From Candidatus Hydrogenedentota bacterium (GTDB lineage: Bacteria > Hydrogenedentota > Hydrogenedentia > Hydrogenedentales > SLHB01): a stretch of 58,167 nt of DNA. The translations under genes and the position numbers were made by a program. Below the pieces are notes generated by a model. That model did no database searches and was not told the origin of the DNA. It worked only from the letters and a program-made list of their open reading frames with translations. Below, in pieces: positions 51,012 to 58,167 of the stretch (its first letter is position 1; every line of letters begins with the position of its first letter). The DNA lies in contig CAVUWV010000004.1 in NCBI GenBank assembly GCA_963745075.1, forward strand, positions 1 to 58,167, given 5' to 3'.

Positions 51012-51020
51012 TGCTTTCCA

Positions 51021-51689
51021 TCAGATAAACGGGTTGCGCCATTCCATGAGGACGGCGTTGTTGCAGGACTCCTTGTCGTCGAGGTAGTTGGGGGTGACGC
51101 GGAGGGGGACACGGCCGCATCGCAGGAGGAAGGTGACAATCGGGTCGGCCAGGTCGCCGGCGAGGACCATGTCGAGGTAGCCTTCGGGCGGGACCTTGTC
51201 CACCATCGTGTGGTAACCGGGCATGCGGGCGCCGCCGAGCAGGCGGGTCAGCTTCTTTTCCACGACGACGTTGTACATGGACAGCATGAGCCACTTGCCG
51301 AGGCCGAGTTTGCGGAAGTCCGGCCGCACGCTGATGTCCACGATGTACAAGGTGTTGCCGTTGGGATTGTGGTTGCGGATGTAGCCGTCGTCGGTAATTT
51401 CGCCCCAGGCATGGTCCGGCTCGTTCGGTTCCCACTGGACGACGAGTCCGGTGATGGAGCCCGCGAGCCGGCCTTCGACTTCGACGCACAACGCGCCTTC
51501 GGGGAAGCGGGACACATGGTTCTGGAGTTGTTCCCTGTTCCACCACAACTCGGATGGGAAAGGCGGCGGAAAACATTCGCGCTGGATGTCGATGAGATTG
51601 TCGAAGTCGGCGGCGGTGTAGGTGCGGATGACGGCCTTGCGGGGTCGATTTTGGTCGAATACGTAGAGTTCGTTGCGGAACATGGTCAT
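51021..51689 (-). CDS. GNAT N-acetyltransferase
   Basis: DISVRPDFRKLGLGK, GGARMPGY, LMEWRNP. Confidence 0.9.
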   Translation of the reverse strand: MTMFRNELYVFDQNRPRKAVIRTYTAADFDNLIDIQRECFPPPFPSELWWNREQLQNHVSRFPEGALCVEVEGRLAGSITGLVVQWEPNEPDHAWGEITDDGYIRNHNPNGNTLYIVDISVRPDFRKLGLGKWLMLSMYNVVVEKKLTRLLGGARMPGYHTMVDKVPPEGYLDMVLAGDLADPIVTFLLRCGRVPLRVTPNYLDDKESCNNAVLMEWRNPFI

Positions 51690-51758
51690 TGCCTCGGTTG
51701 GTTTGGTTCCTTAAGACGACGCTGGACGCCCAACAGTGATTATATTTATATTTAATTA

Positions 51759-51817
51759 TTCGATTTCGATTTCGATTTCGATTTCGATTTCGATTTCGAT
51801 TTCGATTTCGATTTCGA
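51759..51817. repeat. Hexanucleotide microsatellite (TTCGAT)x~10
   Basis: Nine full units plus TTCGA, preceded by an AT-rich degenerate stretch. Confidence 0.95.
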
Positions 51818-51844
51818 AAAAAGGATACTACAAGATCGGATTGA

Positions 51845-53419
51845 TTACTGGGTGCGAATAACATTCACGGGGCGCGTGGGCACCAGGGTATAGAGGTCGG
51901 GGCGGCGGTCGCGGAGGGGGCGCACGGTGCCGACGTCGCGCTGCAACGCGAGGGTTTCGAGATCGAGGTCGGTGATCACGACCATCTCGGTGTTGGGTTC
52001 GGCTTCGGCGGCGGTGGCGTGGGGCGGAAAGGCGAAATCGCTGGGCGTGAACACGGCGGCCTGCCCGTAATTGATGAGGAAGCTGCGCACCTGCGGCAGA
52101 TTCCCCACGCTGCCGGCGATCACGGTGTAGATGTAGTTTTCGACGGCCCGCGCCTGGGCGCAGTAGCGCACACGACAATAGGCCTTCTTCTCATCCGTCA
52201 TGAAGGGAATGAACACGACTTCCGCACCATTCACGGTTAACAAGCGGCTCATTTCGGGAAATTCGATGTCGTAACAGACCTGGATGGCGATGCGGGCGAA
52301 TTCGGTTTCGAAGACGTTGAGTCCATCGCCGGGCTGAATGCCCCAGAATTGCCGTTCATCGGGCGTGATGTGAAGCTTGTCCTGGGTGTAGACCTGTCCG
52401 GTCGGCGAGAAGAGATGGGCGGTGTTTCGCAGCACGCCATCCCGGAGGGTCGGATGGGACCCGCCGATGATGTAGCCGCCGAAGCGTTGCGACATGGCGG
52501 TAAACATTTCGATGTACCGGTTCGTGTAATCCGTGAGATGGCGGACGGCTTCGAGGGGCTCCATGTCCCGGTCCATGGTGCTGATAAGCTGGGCGGTGAA
52601 GAGTTCCGGGAACACGAGGAAGTGGCAGTGGTACTCTTCGGCGGTGGTGACGAAGAAGTCGACCTGCCGCTCGAAATCTTCCCAACTCCGAATGCCGCGA
52701 AGGTCGTACTGGGCGGCGCAGACGCGAATGCGCCGGACCGGGCGCGTGATCGGGGACGAGGCGATTTTGCGTCGCTCGGACTTGAAGTTGGGGTTGATGA
52801 GTTCGAGATGGGTCGCGTAGTTCAGGCTGGCCTCGTCGCTGAGGTAGTCGTAGTGGATGCCCTTGACCTTGTACCCGGCCTTCAAGTGAGCGTTTAGAGC
52901 CTGGTCTTTGAGTTCCCCGGCGACGACCTTGTCGACGTATTCTTCCGCGGTCATCTTGCCGGCGTGTTCCCAGTAGCCGGGGATGCGCCCGCCGGCGACC
53001 ATACGCCGCAGATTGAATCGCTTCATCAACTTAATGCGTTCTTTGTACAAGGCGCCGGCAACGCCCATCCCGCGATAATCGGGATGCACGGCGATCTCGG
53101 CGCCGTATAACGTGTCGCCGCCGGGGTCGTGGGTATTGAACGTGCCGCTACCGGTAATTTCGTTGTAGGAATGCCACGGCGCGGAATCGTCCAGCATGAC
53201 GGTCAGCGACGCACAATACCCGACGACCTTTCCGTCAATCTCCGCCAGGAACTGGCCTTCCGGAAAGGCCGTGTGTTGCATGTGGAACAAGCGTTCGTTG
53301 CAGAGCCGGAAATGGGGAAAGTCGCTGTATGCGGCGTATTGACATTCCACCAGCGCGGGCAGATCTTCCTCTTTCCAGGTCCGGGTAACGATCTTCGGGC
53401 GCTTCTTTGAAGGGGGCAT
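51845..53419 (-). CDS. Bifunctional GNAT acetyltransferase / carbon-nitrogen hydrolase (nitrilase)
   Basis: GNAT VHPDYRGMGVA; nitrilase triad FPE, QDKLH, VCYDIEFPE. Confidence 0.93.
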   Translation of the reverse strand: MPPSKKRPKIVTRTWKEEDLPALVECQYAAYSDFPHFRLCNERLFHMQHTAFPEGQFLAEIDGKVVGYCASLTVMLDDSAPWHSYNEITGSGTFNTHDPGGDTLYGAEIAVHPDYRGMGVAGALYKERIKLMKRFNLRRMVAGGRIPGYWEHAGKMTAEEYVDKVVAGELKDQALNAHLKAGYKVKGIHYDYLSDEASLNYATHLELINPNFKSERRKIASSPITRPVRRIRVCAAQYDLRGIRSWEDFERQVDFFVTTAEEYHCHFLVFPELFTAQLISTMDRDMEPLEAVRHLTDYTNRYIEMFTAMSQRFGGYIIGGSHPTLRDGVLRNTAHLFSPTGQVYTQDKLHITPDERQFWGIQPGDGLNVFETEFARIAIQVCYDIEFPEMSRLLTVNGAEVVFIPFMTDEKKAYCRVRYCAQARAVENYIYTVIAGSVGNLPQVRSFLINYGQAAVFTPSDFAFPPHATAAEAEPNTEMVVITDLDLETLALQRDVGTVRPLRDRRPDLYTLVPTRPVNVIRTQ

Positions 53420-53500
53420 GTTTACATCTCCTCGCGCGCGTAATGCGCGGAGCGTAACGGATACGCCTCGTCACAAGCGGGGAAATCATGGGCGTAAGAA

Positions 53501-53656
53501 CATCCCCCTTGATCCCCCTTCAAAGGGGGAATTGCCGCCGCCGCTTCGCGGCCCGTTGGCCACGGCGGAAGACTGGGTGTACGCACGGTCCCTTTGGCCC
53601 GTACAGGAAACTCAATGATGCAAATTTCCCCCTTTGACGGGGGATCAAGGGGGATG
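53501..53656. repeat. REP-like inverted pair
   Basis: CATCCCCCTTGATCCCCCTTCAAAGGGGGAATTG (53501-53534) and a near-perfect reverse complement (53621-53656). Confidence 0.8.
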
Positions 53657-53711
53657 TGAATTCTGCACTGTATCATTCTATGAATGTATCCTCTCGTATG
53701 CTCCGTAGTAC

Positions 53712-54062
53712 CTATGGAAGGATTGCGAGAACGGATTCGGGCGGACGGCCGATAGCGGCTTTGGTGCCGCAATGAACCAGCGGCCGTTCCATCAGGATTG
53801 GATGCGCAACAATCGCATCCACGATCGCGCTGGTGGAACTATCCGCGGACAGACCCAACTCCTTGTACGGGGCTTCCTTTGTCCGCAGGAGGGCATGGGC
53901 GTCGCCGAGCATGCGCGCCAAATCGCGTAAGCGGCTCTTGCTCGGCGGCGTCTTGAGGTACTCGATGACTTCCGGTTCGATGCCTCGCTCCCGCAACAGG
54001 GCCAACGTCTCGCGGCTCTTGGTGCAACGCGGATTGTGGTAGATAGTGACGGTCTTGCTCAT
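53712..54062 (-). CDS. arsC: ArsC/Spx-family glutaredoxin-type arsenate reductase
   Basis: IYHNPRCTKSR, YLKTPP, PILMERP, IGRPPE. Confidence 0.9.
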   Translation of the reverse strand: MSKTVTIYHNPRCTKSRETLALLRERGIEPEVIEYLKTPPSKSRLRDLARMLGDAHALLRTKEAPYKELGLSADSSTSAIVDAIVAHPILMERPLVHCGTKAAIGRPPESVLAILP

Positions 54063-54170
54063 GGTATTACGTAACGTCCTTTCGGGAAGTGTCCGTGGTG
54101 TCGGCGCACGGAATGTGCGTCGGGTTCAGCCTATCACGCACGTCGACATACCGTCAAAATGTGCTGGAAA

Positions 54171-55289
54171 TCAAGGCATTACGCCGGTGATGAGGTAGCC
54201 GAAGAGGTAGCCGACGATGGCCACGCCCAGACCCACGGCAAACATGTCGAGCCCACTGCGGAAGAGACCGCGTCCGGTGAACAGGCTACGGGCGGCGCCG
54301 ACGGCGAAGTGGGAAAGCATGGCGATGGCGAAAGATACCCAGGCGGCGACTTCGATGTTGGAGATGAACATGAAGGGGGCAACCGGGATCACTGCGCCGA
54401 AGGCGGTGGCGGTTCCGGTGATCCACGCTTCTTTCATGGGAGTCGAATGTTGCTCGCCGATGCGCAGTTCTTCGCGGACCATTTCGTTCAGGGCGCGGTC
54501 GGGGTTTTCCATGAGCGATTTGGCGAGGGCTTCGGCTTCCGCTCGTTCCATCCCCTTGGCTTGATAGATCAACGCCAATTCTTCGCGTTCCAGTTCGGGC
54601 ATGAGCCGGATTTCTTCGCGTTCCATGGCGATTTCGTGATCGTGAACTTCCTGTTCGCTCTTGGCGGCAAGGAAACCCGATGCGCCCATGGACAGGGCGT
54701 CCGCGATGGCGCCGGCCAACCCTGAAAGCACGACGATGTGGGCGTCGACGTTCGCGCCAAGCACGCCGGCCACGAGCCCGAAATTGGCGGTCAGGCCGTC
54801 GTTAAATCCGTAGACGATATTGCGCAAAAGGTCGCCGGATTCGAGTTGGTGCCAGGGCTCGCCTTTACGTCCGCTCAATTTGCGCAGGGATAGGGCGTGT
54901 TCGGCAGATTCTTTGGCGAGCTGCAGGGCGGCGTCGCGCGAGCCCTCGTGGGTGCTGTCGCGGTGGAGGTTGAGGTAGCCTTTCACCTCCTCTCCTTCTT
55001 CTTTGAGCAGAATCCCCAACAGGAATCCGCTGCCGAATCGCTTGGCAAGGGCCAGGCGCAGGCGCGCTTTCAGCGTTGGCTTGGGATCCGGCGGCTCGAT
55101 ACCCGCGTCGCGGAAGAGTCCGGCCCAAAGCTCGACATGGCGTTTCTCGACGTGTGCCAGCCGGTCGTATACGTCGCGGCGTTTCGGATCCGTGTCGACT
55201 TCCGCGAGGGCGGCGTAGAGAAAGGCCGCGTCGGCTTCATCGAGATAGTGACGACGCCAGTCGGCGAGGGTCGCGTTATCGAGTGACAC
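54171..55289 (-). CDS. Rubrerythrin-like + VIT1/CCC1 iron transporter
   Basis: N-terminal ferritin-like E..EKRH / E..EH; VIT1 motifs IVYGFNDGL, ALSMGASGFL. Confidence 0.9.
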   Translation of the reverse strand: MSLDNATLADWRRHYLDEADAAFLYAALAEVDTDPKRRDVYDRLAHVEKRHVELWAGLFRDAGIEPPDPKPTLKARLRLALAKRFGSGFLLGILLKEEGEEVKGYLNLHRDSTHEGSRDAALQLAKESAEHALSLRKLSGRKGEPWHQLESGDLLRNIVYGFNDGLTANFGLVAGVLGANVDAHIVVLSGLAGAIADALSMGASGFLAAKSEQEVHDHEIAMEREEIRLMPELEREELALIYQAKGMERAEAEALAKSLMENPDRALNEMVREELRIGEQHSTPMKEAWITGTATAFGAVIPVAPFMFISNIEVAAWVSFAIAMLSHFAVGAARSLFTGRGLFRSGLDMFAVGLGVAIVGYLFGYLITGVMP

Positions 55290-55409
55290 GTTCGGGGAGT
55301 TCCTCGGTTTCGTTGTGGCCTCGGGACATGATTGGAACCATAGAAGGATACCGGAAAGCGGTGAGCAGAACGATCTACACGTTCGGCATGAGAGAGCCGG
55401 GCGGTGTCT

Positions 55410-55445
55410 CGATTACGATTACGAGAACGATTACGAGCACGAGAA
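55410..55445. repeat. Degenerate hexamer repeat CGA(T/G)(T/A/C)A x6
   Basis: CGATTA CGATTA CGAGAA CGATTA CGAGCA CGAGAA in an intergenic gap. Confidence 0.7.
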
Positions 55446-55490
55446 GAAGCTGCCATAGCGTTGCCAATCTATCAGCGATGCGTTCACGCG

Positions 55491-56984
55491 CTATTTTGCA
55501 TTCTGGGCGGCGGCGACGGTCAGTTCCGTCTGCTGTGGCTGCTCTTGTCTCTCACCGTTGATGAGGTGGTCCAGGTAATCGGTCAGGGCGGCGATTTCGG
55601 TTTCGGTGCCGACCAAGGGCGGCATGTAGGCCCGGTACGGGGAATCGTCCTTGTAGTCGTGGAGCATGGTCAGGATGTTGCCGATGGATTCGCGGTCCCG
55701 GCCCGCGAGCAGTTTCCGCAGGGAACGATACCCGTCGGTGGTATGGCAGGCCATGCACTGCCCGCGCAACACGAGCATCCCGCGGTCCAATTGGGGGGTC
55801 CGGGCGGGCTTCGGGGCATCGGCGGCAGGCGTTGCCTCTCCGACGGTTGGTTCTGCAACGTCGAGTCTTGCCCACGTCGCCTTCTGTTCGGGCGTGGCCC
55901 AGATGGTATGGGTCAGGTATCCCTCCGCGTTGAATCGCGCCACGTCCGTCTTGGGCCGCACGCCGTTGGAGAAGATGTAGTTTACGACCACATAAGGCTT
56001 CCGAAGCATCTCCCGCGCCTGTTCCGTGGAGGCCGTGGCGGCCAACGCCAGGAAGAGCACGGCCACGGCGTGGCCGAAGGTGAAATCCCTTGGATTGCGG
56101 AAGGCGAGGAAGTAGACGATGGCGGCGATCGTGGCGGAGGTCATCATGGTGACCAGCGTTGCGCGCGTAACCTGCGTAAAGACGCCCTGGCCGATGGTCG
56201 CGATACCGAGTTTGATCAGCCCGCGTTGTTCGAAGGGCACCATGTGCAGGAACCACACGAAGAAGATTGGCAACAGGATGAACGCCGGGATGAGCCATTT
56301 CGCCGACCAGCGGATGAACGAGCTTTTGAGATCCGGCTGTTTGAATCCGTCAATCCGGCTGGCGGTCACCAGCGCCCACACGCCCGCGAGCGAGATACAG
56401 ACGAGGGTCCGGATACCGAGACTGGGCCAGTACGTGGGATTGAAGAAGGCCTGCCAAAACCGCGTCGCCTCGTGACCCGTGCCAGCCACCGCGAGCCAGG
56501 CCTGCCCGGGCGTCAACATGAAGGTCAGGATGCCGTTGATAATCACCAGCGTGAGGAAGGAGAAGAAGGCGTAGACCCAGCCGACTTTCAGATGCAGCCG
56601 ATCGGGAATGCGGTCCCAAGTGTAGTAGTAGACGGCGGCCGTCGACAATTCGACGAAGAAGAAGGTCCATTCGATGGCCCACCCGAAGACGAAGTTGTGG
56701 ATGAGCGTGCTGGTGCCTTCCGGATTTGCGAGACCGATGGCAAACCAGATGCCCACGCCCGTCGCCGCGCCGAAGACGCCGGTGAGGATCAGGAAGAATT
56801 TCGAATGCCGTTTGAGGACCGGCATCCAATCCGTGCGCCCTTCGCGAAGCGCTTTGCGCTCGGCCATGGGCAGGTACAGGCCACCGCCGACGGCGAAGTG
56901 GCTGATCAGGATGTGGACGATCGCGATTCCGCCAATCACCCAACCGCTTCCGATCACAGGCACCACCCAGAACGGGTAATTCAT
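55491..56984 (-). CDS. Cytochrome bd subunit I-like membrane protein fused to a C-terminal cytochrome c
   Basis: HILISHFAVGGG, GVGIWF, WAIEWTFF, REMLRKPY; C-terminal CMACH with distal YMPP. Confidence 0.85.
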   Translation of the reverse strand: MNYPFWVVPVIGSGWVIGGIAIVHILISHFAVGGGLYLPMAERKALREGRTDWMPVLKRHSKFFLILTGVFGAATGVGIWFAIGLANPEGTSTLIHNFVFGWAIEWTFFFVELSTAAVYYYTWDRIPDRLHLKVGWVYAFFSFLTLVIINGILTFMLTPGQAWLAVAGTGHEATRFWQAFFNPTYWPSLGIRTLVCISLAGVWALVTASRIDGFKQPDLKSSFIRWSAKWLIPAFILLPIFFVWFLHMVPFEQRGLIKLGIATIGQGVFTQVTRATLVTMMTSATIAAIVYFLAFRNPRDFTFGHAVAVLFLALAATASTEQAREMLRKPYVVVNYIFSNGVRPKTDVARFNAEGYLTHTIWATPEQKATWARLDVAEPTVGEATPAADAPKPARTPQLDRGMLVLRGQCMACHTTDGYRSLRKLLAGRDRESIGNILTMLHDYKDDSPYRAYMPPLVGTETEIAALTDYLDHLINGERQEQPQQTELTVAAAQNAK

Positions 56985-56994
56985 TGCAGGCCTC

Positions 56995-58098
56995 CTATAC
57001 TTCCGCGTAGCCCCAGATCGTCAAGACGACCAGGCCAACCAGGGCCGCCAGGCCGAACCATGTGGCGGCACGTGCGCGCATGGCCGCCCTGCTATCTTTG
57101 TCGAACAAGGGAATCAGGGCCCAGAGCAATCCACCGACGCTGAACAGCAGGATTCCCATGACTTCGCCGATACGCCCGGGGAACCAGCGCCCGAACACTT
57201 TCAGGACCTGGAACTGGTTCATGAAATACCACTCGGGATGAATTCCTGCCGGCGCGGGGGCCGCAGGGTCGGCCGGGGGTCCCAACTGCCACGGGTACAT
57301 GGACGCAAGGATGGCCAGGACGTTCAGCGCGATCAGCCACATCGCCAAGTCCTTGGTCAAAAAGTTTGGGAAGAACGGGATGGACCGGCGCTCGGATTCG
57401 GGGATCAGATCCTCGCTCGGGGGAACGGCATTTCCGTGCCGTTGCACCAGCCAAAGGTGAAAGGCCAGAAACGCGATGAAGATCATGGGCAACACGACCA
57501 CGTGCAACGTGAAGAAGCGCTGAATGGTGACCGACGAAACGGTTTCGCCACCCTGGACGAGGGTCACGATCAACGCCCCCAGACCGGGGATGGTCGCGGG
57601 GATCTCCAGTCCGACTTTCGTGGCAAAGAATGCCAGGTCGTCCATGGGTAGAAGATATCCGCTGAATCCGAACACGAGCGTCAGGCCCAACAGGGCGAGA
57701 CCGCTCCACCAGCCGAATTCGCGGGGTTTCCGGTAGGCCTTCATGAAAAAGACGGAGAACATGTGGACGAAGGCCGCGAATACCATGAGATTCGCCGACC
57801 AGGAATGGGCGGATCGGATGAGCCAGCCGAAATCGATGTCGTACGTTATCTGGCGAACCGATTCGTAGGCGTCGGCGCCGGGCCGGTAGTAGATGAGGAG
57901 CAAGATTCCGCTGACCAACTGGAAAAGGAAGAGAAACAGCGTGATCCCGCCCCAGTAATACCAAAACGAATGGCGGTGTTGCGGCACTTCCTTTTTCGCG
58001 GCAAAGGCGATAAGTTCATCCAGCCCCAGTCGATCGTCGATCCATTCGTAGAGCCCGGAGCGAACGGCATCAGGCGCGAGAGACGATAATCTGCCCAT
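56995..58098 (-). CDS. petB: Cytochrome b of a bc/b6f-type complex
   Basis: FGWLIRSAHSW, HMFSVF, GFSGYLLP, RFFTLHV, HLWLVQRHG, PEWYF. Confidence 0.93.
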   Translation of the reverse strand: MGRLSSLAPDAVRSGLYEWIDDRLGLDELIAFAAKKEVPQHRHSFWYYWGGITLFLFLFQLVSGILLLIYYRPGADAYESVRQITYDIDFGWLIRSAHSWSANLMVFAAFVHMFSVFFMKAYRKPREFGWWSGLALLGLTLVFGFSGYLLPMDDLAFFATKVGLEIPATIPGLGALIVTLVQGGETVSSVTIQRFFTLHVVVLPMIFIAFLAFHLWLVQRHGNAVPPSEDLIPESERRSIPFFPNFLTKDLAMWLIALNVLAILASMYPWQLGPPADPAAPAPAGIHPEWYFMNQFQVLKVFGRWFPGRIGEVMGILLFSVGGLLWALIPLFDKDSRAAMRARAATWFGLAALVGLVVLTIWGYAEV

Positions 58099-58167
58099 CG
58101 GCGACCTCCACGTTGTATTGCTTCAAGGGCTTTGGCGGCGGACCGGCGATGTTTTTCCCCGTGAACA
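58070..58167 (-). CDS. Rieske Fe-S protein, C-terminal fragment at the window edge
   Basis: Minus strand FTGKNIAGPPPKPLKQYNVEVADGQIIVSRA*, a typical Rieske C-terminus, directly upstream of cytochrome b. Confidence 0.75.
   Translation of the reverse strand, partial: FTGKNIAGPPPKPLKQYNVEVADGQIIVSRA

Noticed and set aside
51759..51817. CRISPR array (here or elsewhere in the window)
   Set aside because: Only simple tandem or inverted repeats were seen; there are no repeat-spacer arrays or cas genes.
50992..51864. 290-aa ORF with an RNRNRN repeat
   Set aside because: It is the microsatellite read through into an alternative frame of the real GNAT gene.
55404..57143. Long antisense ORFs (this 579-aa one, also 32212-33531, 37665-39122, 11260-12378)
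   Set aside because: They are shadow frames opposite well-supported genes in GC-rich DNA and carry no motifs.

Overview
Bacterial chromosomal window of moderately high GC. The gene content (Tat-exported Gfo/Idh/MocA proteins, FG-GAP protein, ExbBD, dispersed short repeats) suggests a PVC/Hydrogenedentota-like environmental bacterium; this is inference only. Positions 1 to ~15.7 kb are the right-hand part of a genomic island integrated at the 3' end of an initiator tRNA-Met, with a tyrosine integrase and two excisionase-like genes; the other att end lies outside the window. The island carries (i) a leftward SorC-type regulator followed by an archaeal-like Cdc6/Orc1 AAA+ ATPase, (ii) a structured non-coding region, an atypical ECF sigma factor and an IS630 inserted in that gene's stop codon, and (iii) a tightly coupled operon: Zn-finger protein, HerA/FtsK/VirD4-type ATPase probably fused to a wHTH/PD-(D/E)XK nuclease, a hidden 2-TM protein, PP2C phosphatase, Zn-ribbon-FHA, Ser/Thr kinase-FHA, vWA, membrane pseudokinase-PEGA and a TPR-like lipoprotein. 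This operon is the best candidate for an undescribed phospho-signalling or defence system. Many island genes are broken by single-base indels, probably long-read errors, so the ORF track hides them. The rest is mostly core genome: two Gfo/Idh/MocA oxidoreductases, site-2 protease, K+ channel, cydAB, a toxin-antitoxin-rich patch at 27.8-31.2 kb, argCJB, exbBD-tonB-like, ispG, an Nfu cluster, a qNor NO reductase flanked by a 139-bp duplication of the nfu 5' end, GNAT/nitrilase, arsC, rubrerythrin-VIT1, and a Rieske-cytochrome b-(CydA-like/cytochrome c) respiratory operon running off the right edge. All family assignments come from motif reading by eye, not database searches.
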